Shown here piece by piece: positions 1 to 13,174 of a DNA stretch of 64,000 bases. The stretch is from Mizuhopecten yessoensis. Taxonomy: Eukaryota. Position 1 is the first letter of the stretch, and each line of letters starts with the position of its first letter. The notes under the pieces were generated by a model. That model searched no databases. It had not been told where the DNA came from and saw nothing but the letters and a program-made list of their open reading frames with translations. Location of the stretch: contig NW_018407511.1 in NCBI RefSeq assembly GCF_002113885.1, positions 560,259 to 624,258 on the forward strand, given 5' to 3'. A program made the position numbers and the translations under genes.

Positions 1-107
1 TGATGTAATTTTTATACTAAGTTTCATGAAACTTCATACAAATACTCGTGACATCAAAACAGAATCGAGACAAGTTGAATGACAAGGTCATAATTATAAC
101 TACTTCA

Positions 108-1199
108 CATACCTGCCAACCCAAGATATACTAAAAGAGGGTGATGACCCTCTTTTTAAAATAAAAAAGAGGGTCATAGCACGCGACGGCTTTTTTCGCA
201 AGAAATATAAGAAAAATAGATATTAAATTATAACTTAAATATTTTAATGATGTAAAAGTTACATTCTACATTCATTGAACTGTTCTTCCAGCAGATCTAG
301 CTGATCCTCATCCACAATACCAAATTCAAAGCTGAAAAATAAAAAGATTTGTCAACAACAACTTATAAAATTAACTCATAATAATATATATGATACTGTG
401 TTTTCACAGACATTTTTTATGTCAATTGAAATGGTCCTGACAATAAGATGTCACATTCTGCTCATATAAAATACCATTTTGTTTCTGTCAATGAAAATGG
501 TCCTGACAATAAGAAGTTGTACCCTTCTCATATAAAATATCAGTTTTATACGAGTAGGGTTTGAACTCTGATTGTAAGGATCATTTTGATTGACAGAAAC
601 AAATCATTAAATGCCTGTGGATGTTTTTGACTAGAGTGCAGAATGCAGCGTTTGGTCCACGATCGCGGGACTTTATACACTATAACTCATTTTCCTACGA
701 CATTTGATACACACAATCTTTTCTTTTAGCATTTCCTGAAGTAGAACCTGCAAGTCCCGATAATGACTTCTTTCTTCAAGAAGACATAACGTTACCTTCA
801 AAATACGATCTATTCTATGTAAATACAATTGTAAAAACAACTCAATTATTTGTTAAAACACCTGACTAATTACTTGAAGGCAAGTTCAGTAACAACAGTC
901 TTTATATAATCATTTGTAAAAACAGTTCTAGTACGTATATAAACAACTCACAACTTACCTGTTGGTGAGAAACGGAAACAGGAAATAGATCATCTTTCTT
1001 GTGAAGAAGGATGGAAGAGTCTAGAGAATTCCGAGTGACTTCAGTAACTTCTAATATTCAAAAAGATTCCGGGTGAAAACGGGTGAAATTGACGAAACCC
1101 GGGTCAAAATCGTAACCCGGCAGGTGAAGTTATAAAAGCGGGTGAAGGGCTAAAATCCTGGGTGTAACCCCGACGAAATCGGGTCACTTGGCAGGTATG
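108..1199. mobile_element. Non-autonomous TIR DNA transposon (hAT-like ends) in the last ACBD3 intron
   Basis: TIR CATACCTGCCAA (108) and TTGGCAGGTATG (ends 1199); 6-bp direct repeat ACTTCA at 102-107 and 1200-1205; subterminal CGGGTGAA motifs at 1070-1185; no transposase ORF. Confidence 0.85.
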
Positions 1200-1736
1200 A
1201 CTTCACCGTTAAAAGATAATGGTGAAAGTTAGGTATTTGTTATATCCTCGCGTTACTGGGTAGTGTTTTAAGCAAACATGAAACTTGCCACAGTAAAGTG
1301 TTCCTGACATCTTTCTCTCAAGACAAGTTAATGGTCGTCAAGGTCATACAATCTAGGTTTTAGCCATAAAATATTAAGCTTGATGACAAAAATTTGAATA
1401 TGTATTACTAAAGTGTCCACCAAATTTCATAAAAAACCCTCAGTATTTCTACACGTGCAAACTCAACTTCCATCACTACTGCTTAAGATTAAGTAGACAT
1501 GATCCTTACTATGTGACTCCCATAATAATGTCAGCAGGCGTGTTAAATACAATTCGTGGTACTCTTGTTTGATAGTGTACTAGACCATGTTGTCTGGCCT
1601 CAACTGTGAACACAAGTATTAGTACAATGTTTTCGTGAAGTTTTTGGGAGTTCATCTTGTCAAAATTTGAAGAGGGTTTGACTTGAAAGAAGGTTTCAAT
1701 TTTGCAAGCTTGTTTAATGTTATTTATTTTTTTCAG

Positions 1737-1954
1737 TTGAAGAAAAAGGGGGTGATATAGAGAAAGGATCGAAGCGAGATGACCGGCCGCCTACTGATGA
1801 AATAATACCAGTGTATAGACGGGACAGCCACGAAGAGGTCTACTGTGGAAGCCATGCCTACCCTGGACAGGGGGTCTACTTACTCAAGTTTGATAACTCC
1901 TATTCTCTATGGCGCTCAAAGACACTTTACTATCGCGTGTACTACAGCAGATAA
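1737..1954 (+). CDS. ACBD3: Terminal coding exon of acyl-CoA-binding domain protein 3 / Golgi resident protein GCP60 (GOLD domain C-terminus)
   Basis: Acceptor tttttttcAG at 1735-36. Translation [71 protein letters not shown] matches the conserved ACBD3 C-terminus. Upstream exons lie outside the window. Confidence 0.93.
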
Positions 1955-2213
1955 TGTATTACAGGGACGAATCCAAGGTCGTGATAAGGAGACATCACTT
2001 GTGTGAAAGAGCAGAGCATTTCTCTGCATGTCTGTTCTGAGAAAGGTGAAACGCTATTTTGTTTATAAACTGTGATTGTGATGCCATGTTGTCCGTAGAC
2101 TGCTGTATTCTCTGGGTAAATTGTTACTTCTGTCACAACCTACTTCTTGCTAACAGTGGCCGATCTAAGTTTTCACTTGATGAAGTCATGAACTCAATTA
2201 TTTCCGTATTGGA

Positions 2214-2338
2214 ACATAAGGTGTTAGCCTCGACTGGCATGACATCTTGTGACATAAGGTGTTACGCTCGACTGGCATGACATCTTGTGACATTAGGTGT
2301 TACGCTCGACTGGCATGACATCTTGTGATATAAGGTGT
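2214..2338 (+). repeat. 38-bp tandem repeat, about 3.3 copies
   Basis: CGACTGGCATGACATCTTGTGACATAAGGTGTTACGCT starts at 2231, 2269 and 2307. Confidence 0.9.
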
Positions 2339-2927
2339 AGAGTAATGATATCTAGCCCGTAGTTTCCTGGTGAAGAGCAAAGGAATGGGGCATAAACAGA
2401 ACCCTGATCCCAGATAAATTGGTTAAGATAGCTTCGCTAACTATTTATTACACCTGTAATACATATTTGGACCATGGGGTGGGGATCTGTACAAACAGTG
2501 CCATTTTGGTGTAAAGGGATACCAAGTTTGTTGACCTTGAATATGTTCAAGGTTATGGACGAGATGTGATAAAACTTCAAACAACTTAACAGGTGATCAG
2601 ATATCGTTCAAATACCTTCACCAATGTTAGAGGTCGCATGAGTAAAACAACTTAACATCATCCAACAACAATCCCTGTAATGAGGGTCCATACCCAATCT
2701 AGGTCAGAGTCTTAACTATTTGTTGTTAAATTTTCTCTAGAGACGTAATTGTCTTAAACTTCCTGTCTGAACTGGGAAATTAACTTATTTTCTTTCAATT
2801 GTAATTGTAAGTGCAGATCCTAATGTTAAGTGGGCAAAATCTCTCGTAAATCACCAAAAAGGTAAATTCCCCAAAACCTAGATTGAACCCTGAGCGTTAT
2901 GATGTTAGCTTGTAGTATAAATACACT

Positions 2928-3018
2928 TCAACTTATTCACCCCTGAAAATTTACAATGGACTATTCCAACCTTTGAATTGGAGGAGTTCAAATGTGTCTT
3001 CAGGGGTGAATGCGTTAA
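2928..3018. mobile_element. 91-bp TTAA micro-MITE, subfamily A
   Basis: Ends CTTATTCACCCCTGA and TCAGGGGTGAATGCGTTAA; one of 12 related copies in the window. Confidence 0.75.
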
Positions 3019-3298
3019 AGGTCACAGATCGGAGATATGTTTGCCACCACTTCTGAATACAAGGTGAGTGATACGGGCTGGTTTTCTTTCTGTTATACAG
3101 AAAAGGAAGAGACAGAGAATTTTCATATAAAGAAGGACATGTGAGGAGTTCGATTAAAATCCATGTAAACCACTGATGACTTACTATTGTAAAAATAATG
3201 AGGCGATTCACTGTTGTATCAATTAGCCTTTATTTATATATGTGTACATATCTGAGGAACAAATTTATTTTCATTTTGAGAAGAGAAGTAGGCAGTAT

Positions 3299-3389
3299 TC
3301 AACCCTTTCACCACTTGAGACCATCATGGACTAATCCAGATGAATGTATGGTAGAGTCTACTCAAGTTACGTAGGGGTGAAAGGGTTAA
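3299..3389. mobile_element. 91-bp TTAA micro-MITE, subfamily B
   Basis: Ends TCAACCCTTTCACCAC and GGGGTGAAAGGGTTAA. Confidence 0.75.
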
Positions 3390-5809
3390 CATGATCATTC
3401 ACAAATTGCCATGCAGAATTATATAATCCCTGAACATAAAATTGTATTCTGGTATCGTACTAAGACTATTTATTATTGAAGGAAGTCCGGGTGCTCTGTG
3501 GTATAAAGCTCTAGCTAAAACAAACTCCAATTTATTCTGCGTTTTTAACTTGGAATTGCTTGTGCATTTACTTTAGCAAAAAATGTATAAGTTTGTTTGG
3601 TCTTTGTTAAGATTTGAAGAAATCATGAAATTATGCCATGTGTTTAGTAATATCAACAGTACAACAGAACTTCAAATAGAAATTCTGTACTTCAAATGTT
3701 CATTTCCTTGACTTTAAACAGAATATTGTGGGGCCTGTTGTAATTTTATTGTCTAGAAATCAGTTGATGCCTTAGTTTTGAAATGGCGAAAGGCATGAGT
3801 AGTCCTTTAAATTTTTTGTTAACGTGGTCCGATTAGAATTAGGAAGTCTGGTTCATTTCAGAAGCATATATTGCTTATGATAAACTTATCACTTTTATAC
3901 AAAAAAATATAAAAAGCTCACTTGACCCTTTGAGCCATGTGAGCTTTTTTATGGCCCTTTGTCCATTGCCCCTAGGCCTCTCATCAGAGATGTTGTCTAC
4001 AACCCTTTTTTGTGAGATTAGTTTGTCGAATTGTACTCATATTTCATTCTAATTTAACAATTTACTCACAATTAATCAAAGCATATTGAAAATGCTGAAA
4101 TCAAATGTTGATCAGCAGTTGACCTGGACTTTATCAACAGTTGACATTTATGTTGCCACAGTGTACCTTATTTATCATTTCATATGTAAAGCAATGTTTC
4201 AACATCATTCCCTATTTATAGATGTGATTATACATAAATTCTCCACACAAGAGTTTAAAATAAATGTTGCTTCGCTTCCAAAAAAATATATAGTTCAGAA
4301 TAGCTTGCTGCAAAGTATCAATCACAATATTGCAAAACTTTCAACTGTCAATGACCACATGAAATCATATAAAAACAATATTGTAAATACTCATTTGTTG
4401 AACAGGCAGTGATTTGGAATTTCCAGTTACATAATGTATTCCTGATCAGCCCAAAAACCAGCTCTAAGAGATTGATTTCTCACAGAAACTTTGTTCATGC
4501 CGTTCCAAGAAATGCCCAGAGGGGAACAAGGTAGTGTACAGGGGAACATCGTAAAAGATCCTGTAGATAATATAGTAAATGTTAGCCTGCAGTTCCATTA
4601 GATTTCAAGTACATTAATTGTTATGTATACTCTGCAAGCCTCTCAGTATGATTTGCATTGGGGAAAATATTAGGAAATTGATGATTGTAATATGAATTTC
4701 TTTTGAGTTATTGAATAACCATTTCTTAATCCAGCATGCTTATTAGATGTAAGTTTTGATATACAGTAAAACCTTGGTATACTGGCATCATTTATCCAGA
4801 GAAACTTTGGTGTTATAATTGGGTTTGGCGATCAAAGGGGGGGAATGTAAATAGAAATTCTAAAGAAAACAAGAAAAAATGGACATTGAAATATGTTGGC
4901 AGTAAACGAGGATTGATTTGATATCCAGATGAGCATTGACAGGCCTTTTGGGCCTCTTGTAAATTTGCATCTGCTTTCCAGATATCACAACTGAATAACT
5001 GCCAAAATATGACTCTGTTCATATGATGAAGTTACTCAATACTGTCACATGCAAAGTAAAAATTGAAAAGAAACCAAAACATCAATATAATTTTGAAACT
5101 AGAAGAGTTCAAAATAAAACAAAGCAAAATCAGGCTTCAAGTAGGCTTGGTACAAAAAAGGAGTCTTTCATCCTGAATCAAAATCTTAGATTGTGTTTTA
5201 TATAAGCTGATTACTTACCAATCAAACACTCATTTACCATTCAATTAGCACTGTAAGAGTCAGATGACGCAAGGGGATCCCAAAAAGATTTTAATAAGCT
5301 CGACTGAAAAGTACCATTGAATTCACTCGATAAAAATCATTAAGCCATAATCAAACAGAATGGGTGGTCACAAGATGAGGAGCCGAGTCTCTTTTTAATA
5401 ATTCTCTGTGAAGTTGCTATATATAATTTCCTGTGTCCAGTTATTGTAAGCTTCATGTTTTCAGGAGAACGCACCAATGGGTTTGTTGGTGATACAAGTT
5501 TACTGTTGTGAGTTGTTGCTGATTGCCAGCACAGCTGGGATTGACTCTAGATACCATCTAGGGTCAGCAGAGAGATTGACTCTAGATACCATCTAGGGTC
5601 AGCAGAGAGACGTAATCGTGTTGAAGTAAAATCAAATGTTTTAATATTTTGTGGTGTGCTGGAGTTGATAAAGGAGAAACGACGTTTTAAACTTGCACGT
5701 AGCTATAGATTGGCTACAGATTGTCGGTATTTGTCTGTCTGTTTAGTCCCTAATGTCCTGTTAGATACAAATTGTTTGTCCTGTCAGATGATCAGTGTCT
5801 GTCCTATCA

Positions 5810-6184
5810 CAGCCTCCATATCCAGGGGTTACGCTCACTTTCACTCTCTGCACCACTGGAATATGTCATAGCAAAATCAAAGGCTCTGTGTGTAGCACCT
5901 TGTGGATGAGACAAGAAGACTAGTTTGATCCTTTTGATGTGCATCAAAAGAATCTTGTGGTCGCATAACGGTAAAACTTCTTGCTTTGAAGTCGGTAAAA
6001 CTCCTTGCTTTGAAGTCGGGCTTCGCTTCTTTGTATTCTTCAAAGGACAAGTAACAACCTAGTGATTGGTCAGGGTTTTTACCTGCCAGTCAAATAGCTA
6101 TCGGTGTGCCTTTAATTATGCTATGACATATTCCAGGGGGTGAAGAGAGCGAAAGTGAGCTTAACCCCTGGATTATAGAGGATG
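5810..6184. mobile_element. Mutator-like MITE, copy 1
   Basis: TIRs of about 60 bp (TCCAGGGGTTACGCTCACTTTC...); 9-bp TSD GTCCTATCA at 5801-5809 and 6185-6193; homologous to 61667-62020 in the opposite orientation. Confidence 0.88.
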
Positions 6185-7273
6185 GTCCTATCAGAAATAC
6201 ACTGTCTATCCGATGTACGTCTGATGTTTGTCCAGTCAGACATTGCCCCTATGTGTACTGTAAATCGGGGTTAATGCCATGTCTGTCTGGTTAAACATAC
6301 AGCATACTGCCTACACGTGGTGTTTCTCAGAGTCACCCATAGGTCTTTGTTATACATTTTGTTGTATTTATTATCGTAGTGTACAGAGCAGCCTATCATA
6401 AAGATCTTATTGAAATGTTATTGAATAAATCGTATGTATTACTACTTACTTTGTGTTGAGTCATTATCAAGAGATGTCACTACTGGTGACACTGCTGATG
6501 TCGTTGCCAGGTTACCTGATCTACCAGGCAGGTCGATGCAGTTCATTGATCGACACTTACATTGCTACTATACTTGGACTCCATATACCTACCAAAGAAT
6601 TTTCCAGTTGGCATGTAAATATGTCGGCATATAAGTGCAGGAGGTAGTCCCTAAAATGTTTTCAACTATTTTTTTTCTCCAAAAGTTAAACACGTATTTA
6701 TTTGTTTGTTGTTATAACATTGTTATCAATACACAACAGCTATTGAACTCACCAGGACTCCCAGACATGTGCACCCTTCATGGCATAGAATTGCACAACG
6801 TGCACAAATCCAATATTTGAGAAATTCTAAACATTTTTTTTTTATCAAAACAGAACAGGATTCAAGCCTTAATAACATTTTTTTAGAGCGTATGCCAAGG
6901 TGTTGTGTCCGTCATCCATCAATCATTCATTCAGCTTCAGTATTTATCTTTAAACAACTAATAATCAAGTAGACTAGAGCAATGTAATTGGCTAATAGCA
7001 TTATAGGATAAAGGATATTGACTAATTTGTCTGCTTAAAACTGTCAAATGTAAATTGATCTGGCCTTGATCTACTTTTTATGGTCACAAATGAGAGATGT
7101 AATTGCCAACATAATGTAATAATGTACGTAGGCAATCGGCATAAAACTAAAGTTAACTCGCCGTTGTCGACGTCATACCATTAGTCTACGACTACTATTG
7201 ACGCATCTACTGGTGTAACTGGTACACACTCTTGGTCTGTACCTCCCGCTCTGTAGCATGCAGGGCTAAATAA

Positions 7274-7402
7274 AGCTTGTTCCTTCAGACCAGAGTTAAT
7301 GACGGACAGGCCTTGGGATAAGTTGTCCATTCATTTAGACCATGTCTTCTGGTCCTAAGGACCGTCATTTCCGTCATTAATTCTGGTCTGAAAGATCAAG
7401 CT
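7274..7402. mobile_element. Short fold-back element (MITE-like)
   Basis: AGCTTGTTCCTTCAGACCAGAGTTAATGACGGA pairs with TCCGTCATTAATTCTGGTCTGAAAGATCAAGCT (about 33-bp imperfect inverted repeat). Confidence 0.7.
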
Positions 7403-8510
7403 AACTTAAGTTTTATGCTGTCTTGTCAACAATTTCGTAGGCTTCTTCTAAGTTGCTGAAGATTAAGTTGCATTTTAGTCTCCCTGACATGCTGCATTTT
7501 GCCTAGGCACCAGGGACGTCTCACTGGCATACTACATGACACTGACTAAATGATGCAGTATTTCTACCCGTTGACTTCACATTTAAATGTGTAAGTCAAG
7601 TTCCTACTGTTGGTATAAAGACAGTTTGCACAACTGGAAACACCCAGTAGCAGTGGTTTGGATACCGCACAACGGACCACCATATCTTCATGATTATTCA
7701 ATCTTAGTAAGCAATGGTGGTTTTGAAAGGGTTTTTCTAAGTTTGTTTACAGCATCAAACTATGTGCTGGTGCTTCTGAAATATAGTCATTAATCTCATG
7801 ATTGACGTCAAGTACGTTTCCATCAAACAGGGGCGCCCGTACCTGCCAGTAGATTGAACTCAACGTCGGTAAAACTTTAGAGTAAAAGCTAGTAATATGA
7901 AGAAAGGAGGCATTTTGTTCGTAGATGCAGAACAAGATTTTGTTCGTAGATGCAGAGAGCCAGTCATTGTAAAATATTACTGCACCATGTTGCCAATTCG
8001 TCAACTTTGGACTCGTCTGTGTGAATTCCAGCTACAGGGCAATAGCCAACCTCATCGACTGATAGTCTACCAGCAGTCAACCATCTTGTGGGGCAAAACA
8101 ATATCAAGAAACACAGAAAAAATGTGAACAAAGGAAAGACTTACATGGTAATAATTGAGAAAATACCTGATAAGATTATGTGTTCTGAAAGGGTAGAAGT
8201 CTTCTGCTTCATCGAAAACACATGCCATGTAAATCTAGATCAAATCAAGTTGCGGTCAGTCCTCACACCGAGAACTCGGAAAGTAACAACAAGGCACACC
8301 AGTGAGCATGAACATCAACCTTCATATAAAACAAAGGAATAGAGTCTTTTCCAATGAGATCCCCATAAAAGTTGTCCAGTTATCAACCCGCGTTCTTGGG
8401 AACCCTGTGTTGTAATTTGGTCCAGCAGCAGTCGACACATATGACGGAAGTAAAAATAAACAGAGCAAGCTCTCGGATCCGGATTATCGTAGAGCTCAGT
8501 AGTAAGATGT

Positions 8511-10268
8511 CCTTTCAACTACCAGCAAACTGTAGATGGCCTTAGAATATCTATTGCTTCCAAACTTTCAACTACCAGCGAACTGTAGATGGCCTTGGAA
8601 TATCTCTTGCTTCCAAGCTTTCAACTACCAGCAAACTTTAGATGACCTTAGAATATCTCTTGTTTCGAAGCTTTCAACTACAATTATCTAACTTAAGATG
8701 ACCTTAGAATATCACTTGCTTCGAAGCTTTCAACTACAAACAAACTTTAGATGGCCTTAGAATATATCTTGCTTCCAAGCTTTCAACTACCAGCAAACTT
8801 TAGATGGCCTTAGAATATCTCTTGCTTCCAAGCTTCCAACTACCAGCAAACTGTAGATGGCCTTAGAATATCTCTTGCTTCCAAGCTTTCAACTACAAAC
8901 AAACTTTAGATGGCCTTAGAATATCTCTTGCTTCCAAGCTTTTAACTACAAACAAACTTTAGATGGCCTTAGAATATATCTTGCTTCCAAGCTTTCAACT
9001 ACCAGCAAACTTTAGATGGCCTTAGAATATCTCTTGCTTCCAAACTTTCAACTACCAGCAAACTTTAGATGGCCTTAGAATATCTCTTGCTTCCAAACTT
9101 TCAACTACCAGCAAACTTTAGATGGCCTTAGAACATCTCTTGCTTCCAAGTTTTCAACTACATCCAAACTTTAGATGGACCTTAGAATATCTCTTGTTTT
9201 CAACCTTTCAACTACAAGCAAACTTTAGATGATCTTAGAATATCTCTTGCTTCCAAGCTTTCAACTACATCCAAACTTTAGATGACCTTAGAAAATCTCT
9301 TGCTTTCAACCTTTCAACTACAAGCAAACTTTAGATGGCCTTAGAATATCTCTTGCTTCCAAGCTTTCAACTACAAGCAAACTTTAGATGACCTTAGAAT
9401 ATATCTTGCTTCGAAGCTTTCAACTACAATTATCGAACTTAAGATGACCTTAGAATATCTCTTGCTTCGAAGCTTTCAACTACAAGCAAACTTTAGATGA
9501 CCTTAGAATATCTCTTGCTTCCAAGCTTTCAACTACAAGCAAACTTTAGATGACCTTAGAATATCTCTTGCCCCCAAGCTATCAACTACAAGCAAACTTT
9601 AGATGACCTTAGAATATCTCTTGCTTCCAAGCTTTCAACTTCAAGCGAACTTTAGATGACCTTAGAATATATCTTGCTTCGAAGCTTTCAACTATAATTA
9701 TCGAACTGTAGATGTCCTTAGAATATCTCTTGCTTCGAAGCTTTCAACTACAATTATCTAACTTAAGATGACCTTAGAATATCTCTTGCTTCCAAGCTTT
9801 CAACTACAATTATATAACTTAAGATGACCTTAGAATATCTCTTGCTTCAAAGCTTTAAACTACCAGCAAACTTTAGATGGCCTTAGAATATCTCTTGCTT
9901 CCAAGCTTTCAACTACAAGCAAACTTAAGATGACCTTAGAATATCTCTTGCTTCGAAGCTTTCAACTACAAGCAAACTTTAGATGACCTTAGAATATCTC
10001 TTGCTTTCAACCTTTCAACTACGAGCAAACTTTAGATGACCTTAGAATATCTCTTGCTTCGAACCTTTCAACTACAATTATCTAACTTAAGATGACCTTA
10101 GAATATCTCTTGCTTCGAAGCTTTCAACTACAAACAAACTTTAGATGGCCTTAGAATATCTCTTGCTTCCAAGCTTTCAACTACAAGCAAACTTTAGATG
10201 ACCTTAGAATATCTCTTGCTTCCAAGCTTTCAACTACAAGCAAACTTTAGATGGCCTTAGAATATCTC
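8511..10268 (+). repeat. 53-bp minisatellite, about 33 copies
   Basis: Unit TTTCAACTACAAGCAAACTTTAGATGACCTTAGAATATCTCTTGCTTCCAAGC; period 53 (9474 to 9527); most units carry AAGCTT. Confidence 0.97.
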
Positions 10269-10619
10269 CTCCTTTAGCATGTAGCTGCTCTACTTCCACA
10301 TACAGCTATGGTCCAACTGGTCATGTCATGTTTACTGTAACTGTTGATCTAAATTTTGTTCATGATTTAAAACTATGAAAGCTTTTCATGGGGGTCATTC
10401 GTATTTAGATATTCCTACTGTCAACTGGAATGCAAGTTTCAGCATACTCAGGGATTTTATGAAAGACTACACCGAACATTGTGCAAAATAAGAGATTGAT
10501 TTTCAGGATAGGTCAAATTTCTTCACCCCAATGTCTGCACTCGACGATAAAATGTAATTATGTATATATGTAGTTGTGTGTGCAGACATGTAATAAATTA
10601 ATCTTTGGCTCAAAGACTT

Positions 10620-11790
10620 CTACGTTTCCGGCTTGCATAAAGGAACTAATCTTTACTTGATAACCAAGGAAACTGTAACTTTCACCAGTTTTTCAAAAGG
10701 CGAAATACTAGCTAATCAGGCTTCTGTATTACAATCTTTCCTAATAAACGTTAATGATATGGATACGCTCCCGCCTCGTTTGTATTGGATTCAAATAATT
10801 CACATGATTCCTTTTTAATAACGATGTCTTGCTGGCTCTGCTAGTTTGTCAACCAAACCATTATCAAAACGTCTTGCTAACATTTTCAGAATGATTAAAT
10901 CAGGGTTCGAGAAGTGGAGTTGTTGGGATATTGATTTTGAAGAATTCCAAAATAGCTTCTTTTATCTTATAAAAAAAAATATTTCTACCATTTTTAAGTT
11001 TTCCTTTCTTTACCATACCTAATACCAAATAGGAACGTCTTTGTTTTCTCAAAGTGTGAGCTTTCTTTTCTAATAAAGAAGGCCGGTATATAAATAAATC
11101 GCTGTAACTATTTTGGACCATCTTCAGTAAAAAGGACAAATATAAACCAAGTGTAATATAAAAAAGATGAAATTATGAGAAAGGATGAGTTTTTGAATTC
11201 GGTGGGAACATAAATGTTCAAGCAGACTATGCCTATGAAATTATTGAATGGATTATCAGCTCTGGTTACAAAAAATACAATCATAGTTCTTCAATTTCAC
11301 ATTCAGATAAATCCACCATGCGCATCCTGTATATAGGACCACGTGGATCATGTATCCCTCCTGTACTTGAAACCAAGCTAAGGTCACTTATTCACTTATT
11401 CCGTCTACTTCAGCCGTTTTCTTCGATCAACCAACATGGACGGCCTGCCAGATGTCGACTGCTGATGAGGAAAATTGCTGACAACACAGGGTTTCCAAAG
11501 ATGCAATTGATAATTGTTTCCAAAGATAATTGAAAAGTTTAATGGTCGCCATTTTTTTTATCGCTCTCCTTGTTCCTGCTATGAGGACATATCATTACAT
11601 GAATTTGAGCTAGATTTACATGGCGGGTGTCGTCGATGAAACAAAAGACGCTTACCCTTCCATAACACCTGGTCTTATTCTCCCTGTACTTCTTACAAGT
11701 GATTTCATGTATGTCTATTCTTTGTCGTATTTTGCCCTAGTTTTATAAATTAGGGATTTTTTGACACTTCGGTATTCTCTTGTTTATTAA
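10620..11790 (+). mobile_element. Degenerate, internally deleted Penelope-like retroelement
   Basis: Broken RT-like motifs in order: LPPRLYWIQIIH..LAGSASLSTKPLSKRL (about 10765-10905), ILKNSK, FNFTFR, YPPVLETK. A terminal motif at 11610-11790 is shared with 20836-21060 and 23174-23360. Confidence 0.7.
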
Positions 11791-12764
11791 TTGTTCAATT
11801 TAATTGATTAATTATTTATTTTTATGTCCGTGTATGAATCTGTACACTTGCAAACGTGTTTACGTATGAGAAAAAATATAGAGGAGTTCTCCCCCTTATT
11901 CAATATTATATGTACAGCATAGTTTAGGTCAACTAATGTACAGCACACTGGTTACAGTCTGTGCCAATCATCTGCCATTTTGTATTTCATTTCATGGTTT
12001 GTAAAGACCCGTTTGAGGCAGACATATTGCGCTAATTTCACATGCAGTGCGAAATGTATTCCGTGGAATTTATTCGAACCGCATGTTTATTGCGTATAAG
12101 ATTATGATCTCGGCATCAGGTTGTTGCTATAAGGCCTTTATTATGCTCGGTGAGAAAGGTAGAAATCATTATCGATGTATCAGCTTTTCATAACGCTCAT
12201 GAATGAACACATTCACGACAAGAAATTAAATCTGGCATAACAAGGATCTGGGTGGAAATTGTCACGTAAATACAAAATCACTCATGTCGACCCGAGTACG
12301 TGATTACTTAACGTGCATTGTTAGCTTCTCAGGTACATAAATAGGAATAGTTTGTTGTCATTTTACACACTACTTGCGGGAAATAATTTGTATTAAGTTT
12401 CTGAAAATAATCGATGGAAAATACCCTAACACAATCAAAATCACGGCAGTTTTGTTTATATTTTGAAAGCTGCGTTAGGAGATTCCCAAACTGACGTATG
12501 ACAATGCTCGTTGATGAGTATACTGTGTGTTATATTAAAACCTTTTCATATCCTATTCGTGCTTGTTAAAACGCTACTTCCCCATGACCAACCATATTAT
12601 TTCATAAACAATCTCTATATTTTGCTTTAATTAAAACTGTTCTTCCACTTTAACTTGTGTTAGATGTTGAACTGTTAATTTGACAAATCTAAACGACATT
12701 AGGTCCAACGTGACCCAGTGTATCAACCAGGATACTATATACCACAATACAAACCCTCTGTTCA

Positions 12765-12980
12765 CCGCGGTGGCCAATTGCAAGTGGTAAAGGCATCTGA
12801 CATTCTGCTACCACTAGCCCTCCGACCTCTGGGTCGCGGGTCACCTATGGGGGCAGTCGCCAGGTAGTGGCCGTAGGTCGGTGATTTTTTTTCGGGAACT
12901 CCGGCTTTCCTCTACAACCAAAACCTGGCACGTCTTTAAATGACCATAGCTGTTAATAAGACGTAAAACACAAACAAACT
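12765..12980 (+). mobile_element. tRNA-derived SINE with V-domain-like core
   Basis: tRNA-like head (GCGGTGGCC..GTGGTAAAGGCA), core TTTTTCGGGAACTCCGGCTTTCCTC, tail GACGTAAAAC followed by CAAA repeats. Confidence 0.65.
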
Positions 12981-13067
12981 TATCAAATCAAACAAACTCC
13001 CTGTGACGAAGACTACTGGGGAGGAAAGACCAGACGGTTGTCTTATGGCATGCCGTTCTTCCAATCA

Positions 13068-13174
13068 TACTGTATACCGGGAAATCTTCACCCAGTCAAA
13101 CTTTCGCTCTTCGCCAGAACATTCGCCCTACACTTATTATTACTATGCATTTTATGTTGTTCCGGTGTACAGTA
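13068..13174. mobile_element. Small TA-flanked MITE
   Basis: TACTGTATACCGG at the left end and CCGGTGTACAGTA at the right end. Confidence 0.55.
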
